Assembly (NCBI GenBank): GCA_963718895.1 | Contig: CAVRAG010000008.1 | Span: 1-64,000, forward strand | Source: an uncultured Nitrososphaerota archaeon | Lineage (GTDB): Archaea > Thermoproteota > Nitrososphaeria > Nitrososphaerales > Gagatemarchaeaceae | Direction of reading: 5' to 3' | DNA: 64,000 nucleotides | Part shown: positions 31,769 to 43,252 of the stretch, in pieces | How positions within the stretch are numbered: position 1 is the first letter of the stretch | How the letters are laid out: each line of letters opens with the position of its first letter | Position numbers and translations under genes: made by a program | Notes under the pieces: model-generated | What the model was told of the DNA's origin: nothing | What the model saw: only the letters and a program-made list of their open reading frames with translations | Database searches by the model: none

Positions 31769-34178
31769 ATGAGAGCGCGCCGCTCGGGAATCGCGAACCT
31801 CGTCGGCGCCGTCTTCTTCATCCTCATCGTGGTGCTGATGGTGGGCGCGCTAATCGCTACGAAGTTCAACACCTTCAACAGCGCCATAGGCGGGCCAGCA
31901 CACCTCGGCCAGAGCACGCTCGCAGCCCAGCAGCAGCAGATCTCGCGTCCAGAACCTCGTCTTCGGGGGGCTGACGAGCTATAACGGCTTCAGCTTCACG
32001 GCGAGGGGTTCCGTCACTCTCAGCCCCAACTCCGAGCAGCAGCCGATACTTCCGATCTCGAACATGAACCTCACGTCGGGGATGCAGGGCTGGACGACGT
32101 CCCACAGTCCTACACGCTCAGCAGCAACCGCTCGGCGGTAGGAGCTCCCCCCAGTTCATCACCTACAACGGCACCTATCCATCGTCGAACCCTACGTCGG
32201 TGATGTCGTTCAACCTCAACTTCACGAACAACGACGCCCTCGGCCAGCCCTATGAGATAGCCAGGGTCTCGGTCTTGGTCGACCAGAACTGGGGGGTGCC
32301 CAGCATCCAGCCCGTGACTCTCAGCTGGGGGCCAAGCGCCACTTTCACCAACAACCCTCCTTCGGTGGTGGGGAACAACATCACCTGGGTCTCGAGCTAC
32401 CCCGGATATGACATCGGCCCCGGGCAGTCGCAGGGATATCCGAGCCTGACTGAACCTCTGACCTGGACCGCGATCATCCCGAGGACCTACGGGACCTTCT
32501 ACAACACGGTAGTTGTATCGTGGATAAAGAACGACCTCGGTCCAGGCGACTGCAGCCCTCCCGGACCGTCTTGCCCGTTCGTCGAGACGACAATCACGAC
32601 GACGAACGCCACCATAACCCTTAGCGAGGTCTCCAGGTCGGGCACCCTCGGGACGTCCAAAGGGGTCGTTCTGCCTGACACGCCCGGGGCGATGCCCAGC
32701 GGCGTCTCGGCGGGCTACGACGCCAACGCCATGACCACGTCCTCGGAGAGCGGTCCAGGTAGCATGTACATCGACTACAAACCGTCGTTCAACTCGGTCC
32801 CGTTGGCCGACGGGCAGCAGCTGACGAGCAACGTCAACTTCACCACCTCATTCTCCCTCGACTCGGCCACGGCGGCGAGCCTAACGACGTCGGGGTGCTG
32901 CACGCTCTCTTGGGCGTCCAGCCTTGACGGCATCAACGCGCCGCGCAACTCCCTAATTCTCTACAAGGCCTACCTTACGCAATCTATTCTCTTCAGCGGT
33001 GCCACAACCGCTGGTACGCTTGCGACAACGCTCCAAGACACCCCAGCATCTTGGACGCCTAGTGGTGGGTAGGTGACTATCTCCAATACACTTCAGGACC
33101 TGCTCTGGGGCAAACTCTTGAAATCACGGCCAACACTGCGAACACAATTATGACAGGCGCATTCAACCCGGCTCCGACGCCAGGAGGAGGCGATACCTTC
33201 ATTATCAGCGGCCAGACCTATGAGCTGCCCGTTGGCGGGACGTCCCCAGACGCGACAGCCTGTGGAATAACGCCGCACTCAGTAGACTATGTCAACCCTA
33301 CCGCGCAGAATGACTTCAACCCGTCGGGGTGGGTCAACAACTACGCCACCTTCAACCCCAGCACCTGCTCGCCAGCTTGGCTCAACCCGATGGGCGAGTG
33401 GTATAGCGGCACGTACACGCTGACTATGACGGTAACGATGACCGTCCCCGGCCAGAACCCGCACGGCGTGGGATATCCGCCCGGCGTCTCGATTCACCTC
33501 GACGACATCGGCCTCGCACTTAGGCCCCAGCCAACCACCTCCTACGGCACGACGACCTTCGAGATACCCACGGGCCTGACCTACGCCCAAGTGCAGGGTC
33601 TCGAGGTGGGCATCAACGCCACAGTGGCCTCACAGGCCCCGCTCGGGCCGCCTGCAAACACGACGATTTACGCCTACGTCGCTGACAACTCGCGGTTCGT
33701 CTACAACCCGGTCCTCTGGGTCCAGATTGGGTCGGCGACGTTCATGAACGCAGCCACGATCGACTCGTTCACGGCGCTTCCCAACGCGGCCTACTACATG
33801 AATCTGCAGTTCCGGGAAGCCCGGAGGTCGGGGACCTGGCCGTGAGAGTGAACGCCACTTCGCCCATCTCGACCGTCAGCGGGACCTTCCAGGTCAACCT
33901 CGTCGTCTACGCAGTAGTTCAGACTTTCAACCAGACGCGGGCCGTCGTCGAGTTCAAGAACCAGGGGACCACGCCTCTCAATCTGCTCTCCGCTGGTGAT
34001 ATCCGGCCCCGGCTCAGCATCGTCTGCCACATTCCCTCTGACCTTCTACGTGAGTTCCGGGCAGACAGTGGTCCTCCCCGTGAACCTTATCTGGCTGCCG
34101 GGGCAGGTCTACACGGCTACCGTGACCACCACCGGCGGCGTCACCTACTCCCGATCGTTCACGGCCCCCCTCTCCTAA
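31769..34178 (+). CDS. Second large pilin-like adhesin, paralogue of 14175-16373; frameshifted
   Basis: RRSG|IANLVGAVFFILIVVLM; shares LPISNMN, SESGPGS, H.DDIGL and W...Q.YTAT..T..G motifs with the first adhesin. Confidence 0.8.
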
Positions 34179-34341
34179 AGGTTGGGGGCAGAACGCCCTT
34201 ATATCTGAGCACGAGCCGCGATGAGACTTTGTCGGTACTGTCTGCGGCTGACTGCTCGAGAGCCGGCAGAGCGCCAAGTCGTCTTCGGTCCTGAGGTGGA
34301 CAACCCGATGAGAAAAAAAGGGAAGGGAGGAGCGGAACCCC

Positions 34342-34920
34342 TTAGGCGACCGTCGCGGTCACCAGAAGGAGGACTCCGTACTCCTGCCCGTTCACTTGTA
34401 CGTCGAGGCGCAGCGTGTTGTAGGTCTGGCCCTTGAAGTTGGCGTGTGCGCCAGCCGCAAAGATGAACGACCCTGGGTTGGCGCTACTGGCGCCAGCGAG
34501 CGTGCCCTGTCCCACGAGGTGAGCCTGGTGCGGGCCCATCACCGCGGAGCCGGTGCCGAAGGTGTAGGTCGTGCCGTCGATGGAGATGGTTCCAGACGTC
34601 AGGGAGAGCGCGTACCCGCCCTTGTAGGCGCCGGTCACCGTGAGCGTCGCGGTGCCCGCTGCGGGTCCGGACTTCACGCTGTCGGTCGCCGTCGGGGAGG
34701 CTATCACGTGCCACACCCCGTTGGTGCTGGTGAAGGTGATCGTCTGACCGACGGTCAGAGCGGTCGGGGCTGGGATGACTGAGGTGCTGGTGGTGCTGGT
34801 CGCGCTCGTCGCGATCAGGGTTGTGTTCTGAGTCGCCGCCATCGCGGGGACTGCCAGAAGCAGCGCTACCATCGCGAAGACGGAGGCTGCGCCGATTGCT
34901 GCGATTTTTGCTGTCTTCAT
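34342..34920 (-). CDS. Hypothetical secreted protein
   Basis: Signal peptide ...LLLAVPAMA, Thr/Ser linker, beta-rich domain; TATA-like element near 34952. Confidence 0.75.
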   Translation of the reverse strand: MKTAKIAAIGAASVFAMVALLLAVPAMAATQNTTLIATSATSTTSTSVIPAPTALTVGQTITFTSTNGVWHVIASPTATDSVKSGPAAGTATLTVTGAYKGGYALSLTSGTISIDGTTYTFGTGSAVMGPHQAHLVGQGTLAGASSANPGSFIFAAGAHANFKGQTYNTLRLDVQVNGQEYGVLLLVTATVA

Positions 34921-34980
34921 TTGTCGTCAGGGCTGTCGAACGCCCTGAGAGTATATAGCGCCCGGGAATGCGCCGTCTGG

Positions 34981-35010
34981 ACGCGGGGTTCAGATACAGG
35001 GTTCAGAACA
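34981..35010 (+). repeat. GGGTTCAGA motif in tandem (left copy of a direct repeat)
   Basis: ACGCGGGGTTCAGATACAGGGTTCAGAACA. Confidence 0.6.
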
Positions 35011-35038
35011 GTCTACCGACCTAGGAGGTCCATCCGGC

Positions 35039-35252
35039 TCAGGGCTCGAGCCTTTTCAGCTCGGGGACGGCGTCGAAGTCGGCATGATAGCTCACCAGCT
35101 CCCTGATTCCGTTCCTGATCGCCGCGGCCGCGTGGATGACATCCCTAGGCTTGAGGCCCTCTCTCTGCCAACTCCTGCGCCCTCACTATCACCCCCGAAT
35201 GGACCGTGAGCAGCTTCAGCTTTGGCAGGTTGAGAAAGCTCTTCCCTTGCAG
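35039..35252 (-). pseudogene. VapC/PIN toxin remnant (C-terminal half)
   Basis: Hand translation: FLNLPKLKLLTVHSGVIVRAQELAE..GLKPRDVIHAAAAIRNGIRELVSYHADFDAVPELKRLEP; N-terminus missing. Confidence 0.75.
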
Positions 35253-35369
35253 CATAATCCAAGCAAGATTCCCGGACACAAGGTGAATGGAGATCGTACC
35301 CGAATTATTGGACAGAGCATGGCGGCGTGAACGAATGATTTATACACTCGTTACCGTAGTAGTAACATA

Positions 35370-35996
35370 ATGTCGTACTATGAGCTCTGGACGATCATGG
35401 GAAGATGGAGGTCAGAGTTCTCCACAGAAGATTTCGCCATCGCCTTCTCTAGCCCTGACCCCCGAAAGGTCCTTTTCGACATGACGAGCAAGGGCCTCCT
35501 GGAGCGAACAAGTCGTGGAATGTACAAGGTGATGAGTCCAGACCGCTACCTGAACTCAAGGTACGACGTCGGAGACGCCTATGAGATCCTGAAGACCGCC
35601 GAGAGGCCGTACGCCCTGACCAACGTGGACAGTGTGTTCGTGTGGACGCGCGGCGGGTACAACGCGAATCGATTCTTCGGGTCCTATCCGATATACATCA
35701 GGGTCAAGAAGTCAGACGTTGAGTACTGGACGAAATACTTCGCACTCAGAGGAAAGAAATCCATGTTGGAGGGCGCTAGACCAAAGGAAACCCTCTACGG
35801 AATCTATTTCGTTCTTCTTCCGGCGGCCGGGCTCAGGTTCGAAGTGGTCAACGGATTGAAGGTCGATGCTCTCAATGACGCTGTCGAGGTCTGTCTCAAA
35901 GATCCCTACACGTACGGACCCGCCCTGGAGATGCTCGACAAACTGTACAACCTTGGCTTGGGCGCAAGATATGAAGGTCCGCCGATTACTGGATGA
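35370..35996 (+). CDS. Putative AbiEi-like antitoxin/regulator (wHTH N-terminus)
   Basis: LFDMTSKGLLERTSRGMY wHTH wing; ATGA overlap with the NTase gene; GTTAC-N7-GTAAC inverted repeat at 35350-35366. Confidence 0.65.
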   Translation: MSYYELWTIMGRWRSEFSTEDFAIAFSSPDPRKVLFDMTSKGLLERTSRGMYKVMSPDRYLNSRYDVGDAYEILKTAERPYALTNVDSVFVWTRGGYNANRFFGSYPIYIRVKKSDVEYWTKYFALRGKKSMLEGARPKETLYGIYFVLLPAAGLRFEVVNGLKVDALNDAVEVCLKDPYTYGPALEMLDKLYNLGLGARYEGPPITG

Positions 35997-36766
35997 CTGG
36001 GTCGAGCCTCGCGGCGCGGGAAGCCGAGATACTGCGTCTCCTGGGCGTCCTTCACAGGAGGGGTGGTGGATTCACCCTGATAGGAGGTTATGCGGTCGAT
36101 GCATATTCTGCGCTTCCCAGATACTCCGTCGACTGCGACATAGTCGCCTCAACCGAAGCGAGCGAGAGGGTCTCATCGTTGCTGAACGAGGAGGGCTACG
36201 AAAAGGGAGAGATGCATCGGAACGAGTCAGAGGGGATCGAATCCAGAAAGTTCGTGAAGAGGGTAGGTGAGGACCAAGTATCCGTCGACCTGATGGTCGG
36301 AGGGGTGCGCTGTCGCCAGACCGAGGCCGTCTGGAAGGAAGACGAAGTGCGAAGTACCTCGAAGGAACTCCGAGTCGTGGGGGTAAGTGGCTCAGTCCTA
36401 TCGCGCGTGGCCTCGAAGGAGTTGTTGCTCGCGCTGAAGTTGCATTCAGGGAGGGACCCAGACCTTAGGGACGTTGTGATGCTGGCGGCTGGAGCCGACT
36501 GGAACACCGTGGGCGAGCTGAGCAGCAGGGGGTCGAAGGCAAGGGTCATCCTCCAGTTGGAAGCCGACGTCCGTATATTAGGTGATGACGAGTTCGAAGG
36601 ACGCTTGAAGGCATACTTCGGTTTGAGGAAGGGCGCGCGACAGGCGCATCGGCGGAACGCTGAATCAGGTCAGGAAGATTCTGGAGAGGGTCCGGCTGGC
36701 AGAATTCTCTGCCTAGTGAACCCACCCGCGCCTGAAGGCTGTGGGCTTCCTGCCCAGCCACCCTGA
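35993..36766 (+). CDS. Nucleotidyltransferase (AbiEii-like putative toxin); C-terminus probably frameshifted
   Basis: LIGGYAV...RYSVDCDI Pol-beta-type motif; LALKLHSGRDPDLRD. Confidence 0.75.
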   Translation: MTGSSLAAREAEILRLLGVLHRRGGGFTLIGGYAVDAYSALPRYSVDCDIVASTEASERVSSLLNEEGYEKGEMHRNESEGIESRKFVKRVGEDQVSVDLMVGGVRCRQTEAVWKEDEVRSTSKELRVVGVSGSVLSRVASKELLLALKLHSGRDPDLRDVVMLAAGADWNTVGELSSRGSKARVILQLEADVRILGDDEFEGRLKAYFGLRKGARQAHRRNAESGQEDSGEGPAGRILCLVNPPAPEGCGLPAQPP

Positions 36767-36885
36767 GGATCAGGGGATGGAAGCCTTCACGCAGGGAGAA
36801 GGAGAAAGCCGCGTCTTTTCGGCGCGAACCGGAATGATTCCCGAATCTAACAAGAGTAATTAGGGCTCGCATCGGGGCCCAAGGA

Positions 36886-36902
36886 ACGCGGGGTTCAGAA
36901 CA
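36886..36902 (+). repeat. Right copy of the ACGCGGGGTTCAGAACA motif
   Basis: 14-bp identity with 34981-34994; lies directly before TATA-like ATTAAA. Confidence 0.6.
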
Positions 36903-36935
36903 TTAAAGTACACTTTTGGAGATTGAGCTCAAACC

Positions 36936-37604
36936 GTGCCAACAGCGACGATAATTTCCGTCCTCAACCTCCTCTCCGGCGCGGTCGCCCTCCTCATCAG
37001 CTACTACGCCTACAAGAACAACCGGCTCGTGGGCAGCATCCTCCTCAGGTACATCAGCGTCGGGTTCCTGCTCCTCGGGTTGAGCCTCTTCCTCCAGGCG
37101 GGGACGGAGACCATCGTCAGCGTGACCGCCATAGACGCCCTCAGGGTCCGGGGAATCCAGGTGGTCGCCTTCCTCCTCTACACGGCGCTCCAGCTGATAG
37201 CCTACGGGGTCTTCGCCTGGGGGTACGGCCTCTCGTTCCTCTCGCGGGCGACCTCGAAGAGCGCGACGATCCCGGCCGTCCTCGCGAGCACGAGCGCCGT
37301 GACGAAGAAGCTGCTGGAGGGCATCGTCTTCATCCTCGCCATCTACCTCGCCTCCCAGGCCGCGATAGTCGTCCTGCTCTTCCTCATCGTCTATCACGGC
37401 GTGAGGGTCTTCACCCACACCCAGTCCAACCTCGCCCTGATGGTCCTCTTCGGGTTCGCCCTCATCTTCCTCGCCCACGTCATCATCCTTGTCGCGGCCC
37501 TCACGCTCGGAGCGACCCTGAACCTCGTGGGGAACACAATCGAGTTCTGCGGGTTCCTCTCCCTGCTCTTCTTCCTCTACTGGAGTGGTCGCGTTGTCAG
37601 CTGA
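36936..37604 (+). CDS. Multi-pass membrane protein with two internal 3-TM repeats
   Basis: About six hydrophobic helices; the pattern YA/HG.R....L..(V/F)GF.L occurs twice. Confidence 0.75.
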   Translation: MPTATIISVLNLLSGAVALLISYYAYKNNRLVGSILLRYISVGFLLLGLSLFLQAGTETIVSVTAIDALRVRGIQVVAFLLYTALQLIAYGVFAWGYGLSFLSRATSKSATIPAVLASTSAVTKKLLEGIVFILAIYLASQAAIVVLLFLIVYHGVRVFTHTQSNLALMVLFGFALIFLAHVIILVAALTLGATLNLVGNTIEFCGFLSLLFFLYWSGRVVS

Positions 37605-37875
37605 GCGCCCGAGGTCCGCCCTCAAGATCTACCTGGACATCCTCGTGACCGTCCGGGACGAGGGGAACACCAGGCCGACGCGCATCCTCTACCGGGCGAA
37701 CCTCTCCCACGACCGGCTCGTGAAGTACCTCGGGGAGCTCAGCTCGAAGGGGCTGCTCGAGGAGAAGACCGACGCCGACGGCAAGTACTATACGCTCACC
37801 CAGAAGGGGCTGGACTTCATCAACCAGATCAAGAAGGCCGAGGCTTTCGTCATGGGCTTCGGCCTGGCGATTTGA
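37585..37875 (+). CDS. Archaeal winged-helix transcription regulator (HTH_45-like)
   Basis: RSALKIYLDIL...TRILYRANLS...YLGEL..KGLL...YYTLTQKG. Confidence 0.85.
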   Translation: MVALSAERPRSALKIYLDILVTVRDEGNTRPTRILYRANLSHDRLVKYLGELSSKGLLEEKTDADGKYYTLTQKGLDFINQIKKAEAFVMGFGLAI

Positions 37876-38106
37876 GGCGGACGAGCTCGAGACGCGCGAA
37901 TCTCACGTATGTTAGAGATTCCATAAAGCAAGCTCGGTCGCGTGCAACCAATAGTCTAACATTGTCAGACCGACTTGACAACTTGCTCATCTACGGCTAG
38001 CTCCCGTGCATTTTTGCGCATTTACTAGGCGAAATATTATAGATATTGGTCAGAATCCACACGTAAAGGTACCCTGAACTATGTGTAATCTCTAAACTTA
38101 TATACA

Positions 38107-39000
38107 GTGACATTGTACTCGATGACGTTTGACATGGCAAACAGGCCAAGAGGTCTGCTGTACGAGCGAAACGTTTCGCTCTCGGTGAGCAGACACACAT
38201 TCACGCGGCCGGACCAGATCTTCAGGGTGGGTGGCTTCGGAAGGAGCACGTCCAACAGCTCCAGAAGATACTCCAGCCCCATCAAGGTCAATTCTGTCAA
38301 TCCGATCCTGAGCCCCCCCACCATCCGGTCGTTTGCCTTCACGCAAACGCCGAGAGCGGAGGCGGAATCTGCAGTCACGCCCATGATGCAGTCCGTCTCC
38401 GCGGTCGGCAACTTCCCCAGCCCGCTTCCGGGCCTGGGCTCGGGTGCTTTCGGCCTCGGCTCCGCGGTAAGCTCGAGGCTGAAGATGTCGTCCTCTCTGA
38501 AGAAGATGCTCCTCTCGGCCGTCCCAGGCTTCTTCGGACTGATGGGGCTCGGGCAACTGTACGAGAAGAGGCGGAAGACGGGCTCGTTCTTCTTCGGTGC
38601 CGGTGCCCTGCTTAGCATCTTTTCGTCCTGGTACACGATCCTCCCTGAGAGGATCTTCTCGTTCGTCTCAGGAGGCGCCGCGCTTCCTCCCTACGCTCTG
38701 ACCTGGATGTCCCGCTTCACGGGCTACAACTCCTCGCTCGGCGAGCTCTCGATAGTTCTCCTCGCATTCATCCCTGCGCTCTGGGCGCTCCAGCTCTACG
38801 ATTCAGTCTCTCCCATAATGATCGCAGTCCAGGCGGCTGCGAGACCGCTCTCCGCGGCTCCCGCCATCCCGAAGGCGCTCCCGATTGCGACAAAGAGCAA
38901 TGGCGTAAAGAGCCGCGAGGAAGCGGAAGAGAGCGTAAAGAAGCTCGCCAATGACCTGATGAAGACGAAGTCGCTCTTCAGCTATCTCTGGGAAAGATAA
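38107..39000 (+). CDS. Hypothetical membrane protein (paralogue of 45772-46889)
   Basis: AVPGFFGLMGLGQLYE...SSWYTILP...LWALQLYD. Confidence 0.65.
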   Translation: MTLYSMTFDMANRPRGLLYERNVSLSVSRHTFTRPDQIFRVGGFGRSTSNSSRRYSSPIKVNSVNPILSPPTIRSFAFTQTPRAEAESAVTPMMQSVSAVGNFPSPLPGLGSGAFGLGSAVSSRLKMSSSLKKMLLSAVPGFFGLMGLGQLYEKRRKTGSFFFGAGALLSIFSSWYTILPERIFSFVSGGAALPPYALTWMSRFTGYNSSLGELSIVLLAFIPALWALQLYDSVSPIMIAVQAAARPLSAAPAIPKALPIATKSNGVKSREEAEESVKKLANDLMKTKSLFSYLWER

Positions 39001-39040
39001 ATACTCGGACTAGCGCGAACCAAAAGAGGACTGGTTAGCG

Positions 39041-40060
39041 CTGAAAATAGCAATCTGCACCCATCTGAGCCTCTCCTACATGGGTGGCGGCGAAAGGGAG
39101 ATGTGCGAACTCGGAATCGAGCTCGCTAACAGAGGGCATGAAGTCGAATTCTACGCGCTGCCTTTCCTTATGGGGTGCGAAGCCCAAAGCAGACCCAGTC
39201 GACAGTGTCCTCGGGGGCATTCCATACCATGAAGGTGTGGACGCACAGAGAGTCCGTGACGGACGTCGCCTATACGTTTCTACCATCCTCTCTCTACACT
39301 CAATTTTCGAGTAAAAGGCAAGAGGATCGCTTCATTCCATTCTCAAGCATTCTTCTTGAGATCAGTTAGTCCCCGAGCTATGGCATTGATACCTATCGGC
39401 GGCCTCCTACGGACACGAAGCTCATTGGTCCACTCGAACTCCGAGTCGTTCGACGCAATCCACACCCACCATCCTCACCCGACAATAAAGCATCCCCAGA
39501 CCTACATCATTCCGGGCTGGGTTGACACCCAGGTATTCAAGCCCACTGGACCAAAGAATGAGGAGTTTACGGTGCTTTTCTCCGGAAGGGCGTTGTGGCA
39601 GAAGGGTTGGGACATCTATGTCAGCTTGGCGAAGAAGATGAAGGATTCGGGTATGCGTTTTGTCTACGTGGGCGGAGCAGTCAAGGACGAAATCATCCAC
39701 TCACTCGGGTTCCAAGGGAACATGCTCGCACTTTCTAGAATCTACAATAGCTCGCATGTTCTCATGGACCCTGTTAGGGCTGATACATTCGGAAGAGTCG
39801 CTGTAGAGTCTATGGCCTGCGGGACCCCCGTTGTTACTACTCCATCACCCTCTCACCGAGAGCTGAATCTGCCATTCGTGTTTGGAAATTCTTTGGACGA
39901 TTATGCGGCGTCGGTTCGGCACCTTAGGGCGCTTTGGGAAGCGGGCAGCCCGTATAGTCGACTCTCACAGCAATGTACAAGCGCCGCGAACACCTTTGAT
40001 TTCAAGAACACGGTTACCCAGTATGAAAAGATGTTCTTTGAAGTGCTTCATGCCAATTGA
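39041..40060 (+). CDS. GT4 glycosyltransferase; frameshifted
   Basis: KIAICTHLSLSYMGGGE at the start; GRALWQKG; DTFGRVAVESMACGTPVV. Confidence 0.85.
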
Positions 40061-40239
40061 GTCCACCTCGCTGGCGCTCTAGCTCCGCTCGGAGGTCTCC
40101 AAGTGTGATTCATCTGCTTGAGCGGGACCATCGAATTGAGACTGAATCACGCAGGGCCGGTGTCGACTCGCTCGATGACCTTCCACTCGGACGAGAACAA
40201 GTTTTGTGTCCCTTGTATGGGTGCGAAGGTTAAGACCAA

Positions 40240-42177
40240 TTGAGCGCTGCGAGGTCACCTTGGATAAGAAATCTTGTGTCTTTGAGATTACTGTTGCTAA
40301 TGATTGGACTATACTGCGCAATCATGTCTTATGTAGTGATTCTTAGGTTCAATGCGTTTCAAACCAACGCATTCGATTTTGGAATCTTCAATCAGGCTTT
40401 TTCCACAGCCTTGAAAGGAAAGTTGTTCTTCGAGACGCCTGATCAACACATAATTCTCTCTGGAAGTTTTCTGGGCACACACTTCAACTTGCTCATGTTT
40501 CTGCTACTGCCCATCTACGCGCTCATGCCGCTCGCACAAACGTTGCTCGTCCTCCAGACTCTATTCATTGGGATGGCAGCTTTGCCAGTCTATCTAATTG
40601 CTCGACGAATAATCAAAAATGAAAATCTTGCTTTGATAATGGCATTCGTATTTTTAGTAAATCCTGCTACATTGTCCCTCAATCTTTACGACTTCCACCT
40701 GGAAGCTTTCCTGCCATTCTTCCTTGGCATGTTCTTCTATTTCTATCTTAGTCCGCGAATTGGCGGGGCTACGGACTTTTCTTGGGGCTTTCGCTCATCA
40801 CAATTGAGTTTGCAGCGGTGCTAGTGGTTGCCATTTGTGTAGCCCACACGCTCCGCTCGATGGTGAGGAAACCTAGGTCGCGTCGTTTCCTCGGTTTCAA
40901 CCTTGACAGGATGCATGTAACAATTCTATTCTCGACAGTCGCCTTCTCAGTCGCGTATTTCTATATCGCTATTTATTTGTCGGCCGCGCTTTCAGGAACG
41001 AGTACCTCAGTACAAGGAATCCTTGCTGGATTCGTGACAGCACCCAAGAACGCCAACACCTTCTACATCATATCGGAGTTTTGGATGCTGCCTCTCGTGA
41101 GTCTAATGTTCTTGCCACTGCTCGCCCCGAGTCAGCTCGTCATGGTTCTACCATGGTTCATTGTAACGTTGCTTGTTAGCAGTAGTCCAACAGAGTTCAG
41201 TCTCGGGTACCAAAGCGCAGGCGCGTTTGTCGTCCCATTCCTGACATTGGCGCGATATTTTCCATAGGAAAGATCCATGCGAGAAATATAGATTTGCGGG
41301 GATTGCTGGTCGGCATTTTTCTGTTCTCCCTGATCCTCAGTCCTTTCAATCCTTTAACACAAAATCGCATCCCAGGAATCACATACCAAGAGGGATTCCC
41401 GTCAGTCACGTCGCATGACCAGGTCTTGCAAGCTGCGTTGGCATTGATCCCATCAAACGCATCGGTCCTAACTCAAGACAACTTGTTCCCCCAAGTCAGC
41501 AATAGGCTTGAGGCATATGTCTATCTGACGAGCAACAAGACTTCCATTGATTTCGTTTTGGGTGATTCGGAGTCGTCCTGGTATTCGCAAGAAATCTGGG
41601 GGACTCAAAGCATGAAGAGCTGGCTTCCCTACTTTCTCTCAACCGGGCGATACGGCTTCCTCGTGAACGATGACGGAGTCGTTCTCCTTGAAGCGAACTA
41701 TTCCGGATCTGTTCTTCTATCAGGAAGGACTAGTTACGTCTACAATTACCAGTCACTAAGCCTCTATTCTGGGTCGAGGGAGTCTGACTCTACATCCTTA
41801 AGCGGAACAGTACTGGTTCATAGCAACACTGACTTGTCCGGCGTAACGTTCTGGTTCGGTCCGTATGCATCTCTTCCTCCAGGTCAATACAACGCAACCT
41901 TCTATCTCAAAACTGATCAAAGCACCACCGGCTCTCTGAAACTGATGGTGTCGAATTTCATCAGTGCCACTGACGCCACACTACTTGCTGAACGTAACGT
42001 GAGTCTAACAAGCTTCTCAGCGCCAGACATTTGGACCGCGATTACCGTCCCTTTTGTCTACTCTCCACAGCAAGCTATCACAGGTAAGTTGGAGTTCAAG
42101 GGGTTCGACTCGTCGGGTGGTCCTTGCTACCCATAGACTACATTCAGGTGACTTATGTCGGAACTGATGGGTTGTGA
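40240..42177 (+). CDS. DUF2079-like (GT-C-type) membrane protein; frameshifted
   Basis: AFDFGIFNQAF, FLGTHFN, NLYDFHLEAF, LIPSNASV. Confidence 0.75.
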
Positions 42178-43233
42178 GGTTCGATTTGAGAATCGCGTTC
42201 TGCCATACCTACAGCCTAAGCTTCGGCGGAGGCGGCGAGTACTTTCTCTCAGGACTGGCGAACTATCTCAGTGGAAGGGGGCACGAGGTCAGCATTCACT
42301 GTGTTCCCATCCGCAAAGGGGTTGCCAAGGTCAAGCTATCAGAATCGGTGGAGGTTTGCCAGAGTCCCCTTCATGGGATATCAGCAGACGTATGCTACTT
42401 CGTATACATGCCTCTTGTTACCAAACTCTTCGTCACGAATTGTCCAAAGATTTGCAGGGCTTCATGGGGCGGCCGTCAATTCACCCAATCAACCGTATAA
42501 TCTTCGGGAGGGTCCGATGATTGCACTCGTGCATCTATTAGTGCGAGGATTCGGGACGACGCTTCTGCGAGAGTTTGATGCTATTCATACCGTGAACGCG
42601 AGCGAGAGCACTGCTCCCGTACCAACATACAACATCCCAAATTGGGTGGACTGCAGCAAGGCTGCAATGTGCTTGTCCGAAAAGCAGAGAGATCGGAGAG
42701 TTTTCAAAGCCTATTACGTTGGTCGACCAACTGCGAATCGGGGATTCGAGGACTTTCTCAAGCTGACCACCCTTGTCGATGTACCCGAAATTCAATTTGT
42801 CACTGTTACTCCAGCGGAAAGCGACCCCGGGACCAATCCTCGCATAGCAAGCTTAGGGTACGTTCCGCATGAGAAGATTTCCGAAGTCTTGACGGATGCA
42901 GACGTCTTGATTCAACCGATTCGGAATGAGACATTCGGAAGGATTATTCTTGAATCACTCGTATGTGGGACACCCGTTATCACCACACCGTCAACCCAAC
43001 ACATCGCGTTTGGCGTGCCTCTCCTGTACGCTGCTACGGCTAACGAAATGCGAAATCAACTGCTCAAGTTGTATGCACTTTGGAGATTCAAGCGGAGTGA
43101 ATATGATCACATGTGCAAACTTGGCGTGACTGCCGCTCTGAAGTATGATCGAGACATCGTTCTGCCGAAGCTAGAAATGATGCTGAAAGAGGTTGCTACC
43201 GGAAACTCCAAGCCCCGGAGTCACGTGGCGTGA
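42174..43233 (+). CDS. GT4 glycosyltransferase; frameshifted
   Basis: RIAFCHTYSLSFGGGGE; ETFGRIILESLVCGTPVI. Confidence 0.85.
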
Positions 43234-43252
43234 ATGACGCGGTATCCTCGAA

